Source of the DNA: an uncultured beta proteobacterium
GTDB taxonomy: Bacteria; Pseudomonadota; Gammaproteobacteria; Burkholderiales; Burkholderiaceae_C
Reading direction: 5' to 3'
Length of the DNA: 35,384 bases
Assembly: GCA_903885415.1 (NCBI GenBank)
Contig: CAISIP010000228.1
Span: forward strand, 1 to 35,384
The notes beneath the pieces are model-generated. The model was not told the DNA's origin and did not search any database. It saw nothing but the letters and a program-made list of their open reading frames with translations. Each line of letters opens with the position of its first letter. The stretch's first letter is position 1. This document shows, in pieces, positions 8,488 through 17,900 of this stretch. A program made the position numbers and the translations under genes.

Positions 8488-9118
8488 GGGCAGCGGGCTG
8501 TGCATCGCCTATCTGGACGACGCCTTGCTGGTCTTGGAAAAGCCGGCCGGGCTGCTGTCCGTTCCTGGGCGCGGGGCCGACAAGCAGGACTGCTTGAGCG
8601 CGCGCGTGCAGCGCATCCACGGCGATGCGCTGGTCGTTCACCGGCTCGACATGGCGACTTCTGGCCTGATGCTGATGGCGCGTGGCAAGACCGCCCAGCT
8701 GCACCTCAACCGCGCCTTTGCCAGCGGGGCGATCCACAAGCGCTACCAGGCGCTGGTACACGGCTGCCTGGCGGCTGCGCCCGGGGGATGGGGCCTGATC
8801 GACCTACCGATCGCCCTGGACTGGCCCAATCGGCCGCGCCGCAGCACAGGGGTCGACGGCGGAAAGGCCAGCGCCACGAGGTGGAAGCCTCTGGGAAAGG
8901 CCCCGCCCGGGCAAACCCGGCTGGAGCTTGAACCCGTGACGGGACGCTCGCACCAGCTGCGGGTCCACCTGCTGGCGATCGGACACCCGATCGTCGGCGA
9001 CACGCTGTATGGCCCTGCTGACGGCGCCAATCGCCTGATGCTGCACGCCACGCAGCTCCGCTTCACCCATCCGGTAAGCAGACAACCCATGCGCTTCGAA
9101 AGCACCGCCGCTTTTTGA
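8477..9118 (+). CDS. rluA: RluA-family pseudouridine synthase
   Basis: Motifs KPAGLLSVPG, VHRLDMATSG (catalytic Asp), TGRSHQLRVHL, GHPIVGD.LY and RLMLHA. GTG at 8477 chosen as start, overlapping the kinase end. Confidence 0.88.
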   Translation: MQTEGSGLCIAYLDDALLVLEKPAGLLSVPGRGADKQDCLSARVQRIHGDALVVHRLDMATSGLMLMARGKTAQLHLNRAFASGAIHKRYQALVHGCLAAAPGGWGLIDLPIALDWPNRPRRSTGVDGGKASATRWKPLGKAPPGQTRLELEPVTGRSHQLRVHLLAIGHPIVGDTLYGPADGANRLMLHATQLRFTHPVSRQPMRFESTAAF

Positions 9119-9187
9119 ACGCTGGCTACACTGGGTACCGTTCCTTCCGGAGTCGTCTTCGGATCGAAGCTGCAGAAGGACCCCCCG

Positions 9188-11092
9188 ATGACCCAGACCA
9201 AGCACTGGAGCCTTGGCGCCAAACTGGCGCTAGTGGCCACGCCCTTCTTGCTGGTCGCGCTGGCGCTGATCGCCACCACCCTGTGGGTTTCGTGGCAACT
9301 CGAAGGCAGTGCGGCGGCCATCAACGAGGCCGGTCGTATGCGCATGCAAGCCTACCGCATGGCGTCCTCGGTGGGGACCGGCGAACGCGCGCAATTGCCG
9401 GTGCAGGCCGCCGAGTTCGACCACAGCCTGCGATTGCTCCAAGACGGCGACCCCGAGCGGCCGCTGTTCGTGCCTTGGGACCCCATGCTGCGAACGCATT
9501 TTGCGTCGGTGCTGGCCGACTGGCGGGCCTTCCGCGCGCAATGGATCCATGGAAACCCGACGGGCAGCGCCGAGCTGCAAGGCGATACCGCGTCCTTTGT
9601 CGACCACATCGACGCGCTCGTCAGCGCTATCGAGTCCCGCATGTCGGGCTGGACGGCGACGCTGCACTTGGCGCAACTCGCCATGATGGCATTTGCCATC
9701 ATGGCCACCGGGGTTCTTGTGTATGCCGGCTACCGCTTTGTGCTCGAGCCCGTCGCCATGCTGACGCAGGCGATCGATCGGATCCAGCAGGGTGATTTTT
9801 CGGCCCGGGTAGCGCGCGTCGGCAGCGACGAGTTCGGCACCCTGGCCGACGGCTTTAACGGTATGGCGGCGCACGTGCAGGCGATGTACCAGCATCTGGA
9901 GACGCGGGTCATGGAGAAGACATCCGAATTGCAGGACAAACGCGAGCGACTCGAGGCGCTCTACGACGTCACGACGCTGGTTGCCGGCGCGACAACCCTC
10001 AAGCAGCTGACGCAGGGCTTTGTGCGACGCATGCGTCCGGTCGCCAAGGCCGACGGCGTGGCGCTGCGCTGGTGCGACGAAAGCAACGAGCGTTACCTGA
10101 TGCTGGCCTCAGAGGGACTTCCCGCCTCAATGGTCGAGGCCGAACACTGCGTGCGTTCCGGTGACTGCCACTGCGGCTCACCGCCGATGCCGCTGGGCCT
10201 GCGCGTCATCCCGGTGCGCAGCATGCAACCGGACCGACTGCGCCACTGCGCGCTTGCCGGCTTCAAGACCGTGGTGTCGATCCCGATCCGCCTGCACGAC
10301 CGGCTGATGGGCGAGATCGACCTGTTCTTCCACGCCCAATGCAGCATTTCGGATTCTGAACGTTCGCTGCTTGAGGCGCTGACCGCGCACCTGGCAGCAG
10401 CCATGGAAAACCTGCGCCTCAACGCGCTCGAAAAGGAAGCTGCCGTGTCCCAGGAACGCAGCTTCCTAGCGCGCGAACTGCACGACTCGATTGCACAGTC
10501 GCTGGCGTTCCTGAAAATCCAGGTGCAGCTGATGCAAGACGCCTTCAACCAGCAGGACCCGCTGCAGGCACAGCGAGTCCTAGCCGAGATCGACACCGGG
10601 GTGCGCGAAAGCTACGCCGACGTACGCGAACTGCTGGTGCACTTTCGCACCCGCGCCAATGCGGAGGCGATCGAACCCGCGCTCCAAACCACGCTGCGCA
10701 AGTTCCAGCAGCAAAGCGGTTTGCCCGGATCGATGCAAATGGAAGGCAACGGCTTGCCGCTGGCAGCCGATGTGCAACTGCAGGTGCTGCATGTTGTTCA
10801 GGAAGCGCTGTCCAACGTGCGCAAGCACGCCGGCGCGACGCAGGTCTGGCTCGATGTGCAGCAGCAGCCGATGTGGCGCTTTGAGGTCCGCGACAACGGC
10901 ACCGGCTTTTTAAACGGGGCCGAAGCGCACGATGAAACCCATGTCGGGCTGCGCATCATGCAAGAGCGCGCGCAGCGCATCGGTGCGCACCTGGAGGTCC
11001 ACAGCAGCCCGGGGCGCGGTACCTCGGTGGTCCTGAGCCTGCCGCTGGCGCCAGCGGGGACAGACCAGCCCGCAGTGCACGCGTCGGCCTGA
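9188..11092 (+). CDS. narX: Nitrate/nitrite sensor histidine kinase
   Basis: TM1, P-box AAAINEAGRMRMQAYR, TM2, HAMP, GAF-like region, H-box ARELHDSIAQ, EALSNVRKHA and GLRIMQERA. Adjacent to narL and narK. Confidence 0.93.
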   Translation: MTQTKHWSLGAKLALVATPFLLVALALIATTLWVSWQLEGSAAAINEAGRMRMQAYRMASSVGTGERAQLPVQAAEFDHSLRLLQDGDPERPLFVPWDPMLRTHFASVLADWRAFRAQWIHGNPTGSAELQGDTASFVDHIDALVSAIESRMSGWTATLHLAQLAMMAFAIMATGVLVYAGYRFVLEPVAMLTQAIDRIQQGDFSARVARVGSDEFGTLADGFNGMAAHVQAMYQHLETRVMEKTSELQDKRERLEALYDVTTLVAGATTLKQLTQGFVRRMRPVAKADGVALRWCDESNERYLMLASEGLPASMVEAEHCVRSGDCHCGSPPMPLGLRVIPVRSMQPDRLRHCALAGFKTVVSIPIRLHDRLMGEIDLFFHAQCSISDSERSLLEALTAHLAAAMENLRLNALEKEAAVSQERSFLARELHDSIAQSLAFLKIQVQLMQDAFNQQDPLQAQRVLAEIDTGVRESYADVRELLVHFRTRANAEAIEPALQTTLRKFQQQSGLPGSMQMEGNGLPLAADVQLQVLHVVQEALSNVRKHAGATQVWLDVQQQPMWRFEVRDNGTGFLNGAEAHDETHVGLRIMQERAQRIGAHLEVHSSPGRGTSVVLSLPLAPAGTDQPAVHASA

Positions 11093-11114
11093 GCGCTCGC
11101 TACACTGCAGGCCC

Positions 11115-11798
11115 ATGTCCCGTACCGACCCTACAGACAACACGCCGATCCGGATCCTGGTAGTCGACGACCACCCGCTTTTCCGCCGCGGCCTGACCGC
11201 GCTTCTGACGCGCGAAACCCAGTTTCAGGTGGTCGCCGACGCGGCCGACGCCAGCGAGGCGCAACGACGCGCGCAGGAGTTGCAGCCTGATCTGATACTG
11301 CTCGACAACCATCTTCCCGGCGTCAACGGCGTCGACGCCCTGCCCGCACTGCGCGAGGCGGCTCCCGGCGCGCGCATCGTGGTGCTGACGGTGAGCGAAG
11401 ACGAGAACGACATGTCGACCGCGTTTCGCAACGGCGCTTGCGGCTACCTGCTCAAGACCATGGAAGGCGACGCGCTCGCCCGCGCCATCCGCCGAGCGAT
11501 GCAAGGACAAAGCGTGGTAGCCCAGGAGATGACCGAAAAGCTGGTCGCCGCCTACAGCAAGGCGGCCGCGCCGTCAGGCGCAGGCGCGCCGAGTCCGGGG
11601 CCGCTGGCGGCACTGTCGCCCCGCGAACGCGAGATTTTGCGCGGCATCGCTGCGGGCGACAGCAACAAGGAGATCGCGCGCAATCTGCTGATCGCAGAAA
11701 CGACCGTGAAGATCCATGTCCAGCACATCCTGCGCAAGCTCGACGTCAGCTCGCGCGTGCACGCCGCCGTGCTTGCAACCGAGAGCGGTCTGCTTTGA
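11115..11798 (+). CDS. narL: NarL/LuxR-family response regulator
   Basis: REC domain (VVDDHPLFRRG, LLD, GYLLK) plus LuxR HTH (LSPREREIL...SNKEIAR.L.IAETTVKIHV). Follows narX. Confidence 0.92.
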   Translation: MSRTDPTDNTPIRILVVDDHPLFRRGLTALLTRETQFQVVADAADASEAQRRAQELQPDLILLDNHLPGVNGVDALPALREAAPGARIVVLTVSEDENDMSTAFRNGACGYLLKTMEGDALARAIRRAMQGQSVVAQEMTEKLVAAYSKAAAPSGAGAPSPGPLAALSPREREILRGIAAGDSNKEIARNLLIAETTVKIHVQHILRKLDVSSRVHAAVLATESGLL

Positions 11799-11808
11799 CA
11801 AAACTCAA
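11795..11808. promoter_or_regulatory. FNR/Anr/Dnr-type box upstream of the narK1-narK2-narGHJI genes
   Basis: TTGAC-AAAA-CTCAA, an 8/10 match to TTGAT-N4-ATCAA, overlapping the narL stop codon. Confidence 0.6.
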
Positions 11809-11959
11809 CAAAGCCCCTCTTTGAGACCGGTCTAGCTCTACAGAACGAGGGGACCGCGCGACCCCATCGTTCTCTTGCACAGCCTTTGTGCCCCCTCAGA
11901 AGGATGGCGTCAGCAGCCCCGTGCTCCTAAAGTCACGCCATGCAAGACGCAGGTGTGCA

Positions 11960-13216
11960 ATGAACAAGGGCAGGCAGGCTTTATCGGTGCTGCTCGTCAG
12001 CACATTGGCATTCACCGTGTGCTTCATGGTGTGGATGATGTTTGGCGTGATCGGCATCCCGATCCGCAAGGCGCTCGGTCTCAATGCCACCGAGTTCGGC
12101 CTGCTCACGGCAACGCCGGTGCTGACCGGATCGCTGATCCGGGTGCCGCTGGGAATCTGGACCGACAAATACGGTGGACGCGTGGTGATGGCGACGCTGA
12201 TGGCCACCACCGTGCCAGCCATATGGCTCATGGGCTACGCAACGGCTTACTGGCACTTTCTGGTGATCGGGTTGTTTGTCGGACTCGCCGGCGGCTCCTT
12301 TTCGGCCGGCACTCCCTATGTGGCGCGCTGGTTTCCCAAAAACCGGCAAGGCTTCGCAATGGGCATCTATGGCGCTGGAAACTCGGGCGCTGCGGTCAAC
12401 AAGTTCGTCGCTCCGGCGCTGGTGGTTGGCTTTGGATGGGCCATGGTTCCGCAGGTCTACGCGGCGATCATGCTCGGCGCATTGGTCGTCTTTTGGCTAT
12501 TCAGCCACACCGATCCAGCCCATCTGGTGCCGTCGAACACCCGCTTCAGCGACCAACTCAAGATGCTGCGCGACCCGCGGGTGCTCAAGTACTGCCAGTA
12601 CTACTCGATCGTCTTCGGCGGCTATGTGGCGCTGTCCCTGTGGATGGTGCAGTACTACGTTGGCGAGTTCGGCCTCGAAATCCGATCGGCTGCGCTGCTC
12701 GCCGCCTGCTTTTCCCTGCCCGGCGGCCTCTTGCGCGCGGTCGGCGGCTGGCTGTCTGACAAGTACGGCGCCCATAGCGTGACCTGGTGGGTGCTGTGGG
12801 TGAGCTGGATCTGCCTGTTCCTGCTGAGCTATCCGCAGACCGACTTCAGCATCCTGACCGCGAACGGCCCGGCGCAGTTCCACCTTGGCCTCAATGTCTA
12901 CGCATTCACCGGATTGATGTTCCTGCTCGGGATCGCCTGGGCCTTCGGAAAAGCCAGCGTCTTCAAATACATCAGCGACGAATACCCAAGCAATATCGGA
13001 ACCGTCAGCGGCATTGTCGGCCTGGCTGGTGGTCTGGGCGGGTTCGTGTTGCCGATCCTATTCGGAGCCTTGATGGACCTGACCGGCATCCGCTCCAGCG
13101 CCTTCATGCTGATGTACGGCATCGTCTGGGTCTCGCTCATCTGGATGTACTGGACCGAGGTGCGGCGCACCGAACTGATGGGAAAGAACGCAAGCCAGTT
13201 CGCACTGCACGGCTGA
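11960..13216 (+). CDS. narK1: NarK1-type nitrate/nitrite MFS transporter
   Basis: Multiple TM segments, RVPLGIWTDKYGGR, nitrate signature GLAGGSFS and FPKNRQGFAMGIYGAGNSG. ATG at 11960. Confidence 0.92.
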   Translation: MNKGRQALSVLLVSTLAFTVCFMVWMMFGVIGIPIRKALGLNATEFGLLTATPVLTGSLIRVPLGIWTDKYGGRVVMATLMATTVPAIWLMGYATAYWHFLVIGLFVGLAGGSFSAGTPYVARWFPKNRQGFAMGIYGAGNSGAAVNKFVAPALVVGFGWAMVPQVYAAIMLGALVVFWLFSHTDPAHLVPSNTRFSDQLKMLRDPRVLKYCQYYSIVFGGYVALSLWMVQYYVGEFGLEIRSAALLAACFSLPGGLLRAVGGWLSDKYGAHSVTWWVLWVSWICLFLLSYPQTDFSILTANGPAQFHLGLNVYAFTGLMFLLGIAWAFGKASVFKYISDEYPSNIGTVSGIVGLAGGLGGFVLPILFGALMDLTGIRSSAFMLMYGIVWVSLIWMYWTEVRRTELMGKNASQFALHG

Positions 13217-13231
13217 GACAGAGGCACCACC

Positions 13232-14881
13232 ATGAACAACACCTTGAAGGCCAACGCCACCGTCGCACCCAAAGGCAGCGACATCGCCGACTGGCGTCCG
13301 GAAGACGATGCGTTCTGGGAATCCACCGGCAAGCAGATCGCCTACCGCAACCTGTGGCTCTCAGTGCCCGCGCTGCTGTGCGGCTTCGCGATCTGGGGCA
13401 TGTGGGGCATCATCACGGTGCAAATGCTCAACCTGGGCTTCCCGTTCACCCAGGCCGAGTTGTTTACGCTGACGGCCATCGCCGGTATTTCGGGCGCGAC
13501 GATGCGCATACCGGCATCGTTCCTGATACGCCTTGCCGGCGGTCGCAACACCGTCTTCCTGACCACTGCGATGCTGCTGGCGCCGGCCATCGGCACCGGC
13601 GTGGCCTTGCAGCACAAGGACTGGCCGCTATGGGCCTTCCAGCTGATGGCGCTGTGGTCGGGCGTGGGAGGCGGCAACTTCGCCAGCTCGATGTCCAACA
13701 TCAGCGCCTTTTTTCCAAGACGGCTGCAGGGCACGGCGCTGGGACTCAACGCCGGACTGGGCAACTTCGGCGTCACGACGATGCAGATCGTGATCCCCCT
13801 GGTGATGACGGTCGGTCTGTTCGTCAGTTTCGGTGGCGAGCCGATGACCCTGATGAAGGACAGCGGCTGGATCTTCGGCAAGATCCTGGCCGGCACGCCC
13901 ACCTGGATCCAGAACGCCGGCTTCGCCTGGGTGCTGTCGCTGGTGCCGCTGGCCGCGCTGTGCTGGTGGGGCATGAACAACCTCAACAGCGTGTCCGCAG
14001 ACACCGGCCCGCCGCTCGTGGCCTTCGCCAAGATTACCTACCTCTACACACTGGCCTTTCTGCCGGCGGTCGTCATGCTCTACCTCTATCTGCCCCAGCC
14101 GACCGGACTGGGGTTGATCAGCATGTGGGTTGCTGTACCACTGGACATCGTCAGCGCGCTGCTGGTGATGCGGTTGGCGGCGTTTGGCGCGATGAAAGAC
14201 AACGTCGCCAAGCAGTTCCTGATATTCAGAAACAGACACACCTGGTCGTTGACGGCCCTGTACATCGTGACCTTCGGCTCGTTCATCGGCTTTTCCATGG
14301 CCCTGCCGCTGGCGATCACCGTTATCTTCGGCTTCCAGCATGCCCCCGACGCCGCCGGCGTGATGCAGCACACGCTGAAAAATCCTAATGCGCCGTCCGC
14401 GCTGACCTATGCTTGGATAGGCCCTTTCATCGGCGCCGCCGTGCGCCCTGTCGGCGGCTGGGTCTCCGACAGGATGGGCGGGTCGATCGTCACCCAGTGG
14501 ATCTCGGCGGCGATGGTGCTGGCCTCTACCGCGGTGGGCTACGTGATGCTGCAGGCCTACCGCTCGGCGAGCCCGGAGCAGTATTTTCTGCCCTTCATGG
14601 CGCTGTTCGTCGTGCTGTTCACCGCCAGCGGCATCGGCAACGGCTCGACCTTCCGCACCATCGGCGTGATCTTCGACCGCCAGCAGGCCGGGCCGGTCTT
14701 GGGCTGGACTTCGGCGGTCGCGGCCTACGGCGCATTCATTGCCCCGGTCGTGATCGGTACCCAGATCAAGGCCGGCACCCCCGAGATGGCGATGTATGGC
14801 TTTGCCGTCTTCTACGCGCTGTGTCTGGTGCTGAACTGGTGGTTTTATCTGCGCGCCAACTCGGAGATAAAGAATCCATGA
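13232..14881 (+). CDS. narK2: NarK2-type nitrate/nitrite antiporter (MFS)
   Basis: Motifs DWRPED..FW, GVGGGNFASSMSNI, GTALGLNAGLGNFG, TFGSFIGFS and GIGNGSTF. Confidence 0.92.
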   Translation: MNNTLKANATVAPKGSDIADWRPEDDAFWESTGKQIAYRNLWLSVPALLCGFAIWGMWGIITVQMLNLGFPFTQAELFTLTAIAGISGATMRIPASFLIRLAGGRNTVFLTTAMLLAPAIGTGVALQHKDWPLWAFQLMALWSGVGGGNFASSMSNISAFFPRRLQGTALGLNAGLGNFGVTTMQIVIPLVMTVGLFVSFGGEPMTLMKDSGWIFGKILAGTPTWIQNAGFAWVLSLVPLAALCWWGMNNLNSVSADTGPPLVAFAKITYLYTLAFLPAVVMLYLYLPQPTGLGLISMWVAVPLDIVSALLVMRLAAFGAMKDNVAKQFLIFRNRHTWSLTALYIVTFGSFIGFSMALPLAITVIFGFQHAPDAAGVMQHTLKNPNAPSALTYAWIGPFIGAAVRPVGGWVSDRMGGSIVTQWISAAMVLASTAVGYVMLQAYRSASPEQYFLPFMALFVVLFTASGIGNGSTFRTIGVIFDRQQAGPVLGWTSAVAAYGAFIAPVVIGTQIKAGTPEMAMYGFAVFYALCLVLNWWFYLRANSEIKNP

Positions 14882-14967
14882 AGACCGAAAAGCCTGCAGC
14901 AGCGCACGGGTCAGGGTCTGGCGCGCACCGCGCTGTCCGCCCCACCGCACACCACTAGAAACACACC

Positions 14968-17900
14968 ATGAGCCATTTTTTAGACCGACTGAACTATTTC
15001 TCCACGCCCCGCGAAAGCTTCTCGGGCGAGCACGGTATGGCGACCGGCGAGGACCGTACCTGGGAAGACGCCTACCGCAACCGCTGGGCGCACGACAAAA
15101 TCGTCCGCTCAACCCACGGCGTGAACTGCACCGGCTCTTGCTCCTGGAAGATCTATGTCAAAGGCGGCATCGTGACCTGGGAAACCCAGCAGACCGACTA
15201 CCCGCGCACGCGCTGGGATATGCCCAACCACGAACCCCGAGGCTGCGCGCGCGGCGCGAGCTACAGCTGGTACCTCTACAGCGCAAACCGGGTCAAGTAT
15301 CCGCTTGTGCGCGCCCGGCTGCTCAAGTACTGGCGCGCAGCGCGACTGGCGCACGACCCCGTGGACGCATGGGCATCGATCGCCGAAAACGACACCCAGC
15401 GGCGCGACTACCAGAGCATCCGCGGGCTCGGCGGCATGGTGCGTGCCAGCTGGGATGAGGTCAACGAGATCATCGCTGCCGCCAATATCTACACCATCAA
15501 GAAGCATGGCCCGGACCGGGTGATCGGTTTCTCGCCGATTCCAGCGATGTCGATGGTCAGCTATGCGGCGGGTTCGCGCTACCTCAGCCTGATCGGCGGC
15601 GTATGCATGAGCTTCTACGACTGGTACTGCGACCTTCCCCCCAGCAGTCCGCAGGTCTGGGGCGAGCAAACCGATGTCCCGGAGTCGGCCGACTGGTACA
15701 ACTCCAGTTTCATCATTGCCTGGGGATCGAACGTACCCCAAACCCGAACGCCGGACGCACACTTTTTTACCGAAGTCCGATACAAGGGTGCAAAGACGGT
15801 CGCCGTCACGCCGGACTACTCCGAAGTCGCCAAGCTCGCCGACATCTGGATGCACCCCAAACAGGGGACCGATGCTGCCGTGGCGATGGCGATGGGCCAT
15901 GTGATTCTCAAGGAGTTCTATTTCCCCGATGGCGGCCGTCCGCGCAGCGCCTACTTCGACGACTATGTGCGGCGCTACACCGATATGCCGATGCTCGTCA
16001 TGCTGCGCGAGCATCAGCTCGCCAACGGCGAGACCGTTCTGGTACCAGACCGCTATGTGCGGGCCAGCGACTTCAACGGTCGACTCGGTCAGGCCAACAA
16101 CCCGGAATGGAAGACGGTAGCCCTCGACGCATCCGGCAAGCTGGTGCTGCCAGTAGGCGCCATCGGCTTTCGCTGGGGACCCGACGGACGCGCCGACGAG
16201 GGCCAGTGGAACCTGGAGGCCAAGGAGGCACGCCACGGCCACCCGGTCAAGCTCAAGCTGTCGGTACGCGAAGGCGAACTCGCGAGTCAAGAGACCGCCC
16301 GGGTGGGCTTCCCCTACTTCGGCGGCATCGTGAGTCCGCACTTTCCCAACAATGCAAGCGGCGACGGTATCAACGATGTGCTGGTGCGTACCGTGCCGGT
16401 CCAGCGCATCGCGCTGGGCCGCGAAGGCGACAAGCGCGACGCACTGGTCGCCACCGTGTTCGACCTTCAGGTCGCCAACTACGGTGTGGCGCGAGGCCTT
16501 CCCGGGGAGATGGCCGCCACCAGCTTCGACGACGACACCCCCTACACGCCCGCCTGGCAGGAACGCATCACGGGAACGCCACGCGCACAGCTGATCACTG
16601 TGGCACGCCAGTTCGCTGAAAACGCCGACAAAACCCATGGCAAGTCGATGGTGATCATCGGCGCGGCGATGAACCACTGGTACCACAGCGACATGAACTA
16701 CCGCGGCGTGATCAACATGCTGATGATGTGCGGCTGCATTGGCCAAAGCGGCGGTGGATGGGCGCACTATGTGGGCCAGGAAAAGCTACGCCCCCAGACC
16801 GGCTGGACCGCACTGGCTTTCGCGCTCGACTGGATCCGTCCGCCGCGGCAGATGAACAGCACCAGTTTCTTCTACGCCCATACCGACCAGTGGCGCTATG
16901 AAAAGCTCGGCATGGAGGAGGTCATCTCCCCGCTGGCCGACAAGAAGTTGTACGCGGGCAGCATGATCGACTACAACGTGCGCGCCGAACGCATGGGATG
17001 GCTTCCGAGCGCGCCACAACTGCAGACCAATCCCCTGCAGGTGGTGCGCGATGCCGCCAGCGCCGGAATGGAACCGAAGGACTACACGGTGCGGGCGCTG
17101 CAGGACGGTTCGCTCGCGATGAGCTGCACCGACCCGGACCACCCCGCCAACTGGCCGCGCAACATGTTTGTATGGCGATCGAACATTCTGGGCTCCAGCG
17201 GCAAAGGACACGAATATTTTCTAAAGCACCTGCTCGGAACCCGTAACGGCGTTCAGGGCAAGGATCTCGGTGCCCAGGAGGCCAAGCCGACCGAGGTCGT
17301 CTGGCACGACAAGGCGCCCGAGGGAAAGCTCGACCTGCTGGTGACGCTGGACTTCCGCATGAGCACCACCTGCCTTTACAGCGACATCGTGCTGCCAACC
17401 GCTACCTGGTACGAGAAGAACGACCTCAACACCAGCGACATGCATCCGTTCATCCATCCGCTGTCCACGGCGGTCGACCCAGCCTGGCAAAGTCGCAGCG
17501 ACTGGGACATCTACAAGGGCTTTGCCAAGAAATTCAGCGAGATCTGCGTCGGCCATCTGGGTGTGGAAAAAGAAGTGGTGCTGACACCGCTGATGCACGA
17601 CACGCCGTCGGAACTCGCGCAGCCCTTCGAGGTACGCGACTGGAAGCGCGGGGAATGCACCCTGATTCCCGGAAAAACCGCACCCAACATTCAGGTCGTC
17701 GAGCGCGACTACCCCAATGTATTCAAACGTTTCACCGCGCTCGGACCACTGTTGAACAAGTCTGGCAACGGCGGCAAGGGCATCGCCTGGAACACCCAGA
17801 CCGAAGTCAGGCAGCTCGGGGAGCTCAGTGGTTTGGTGAGCGACGAAGGTGCCACCCGCGGCATGCCGAGAATTGATACCGATATCGACGCCGCCGAGGT

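Noticed and set aside
9119-9187. NarL heptamer or FNR sites upstream of narX
   Set aside because: No convincing TACYYMT 7-2-7 or TTGAT-N4-ATCAA match by eye.
12787-14388. 533-aa alternative-frame ORF over narK1/narK2
   Set aside because: Arg/Pro-rich off-frame translation overlapping two well-supported genes.
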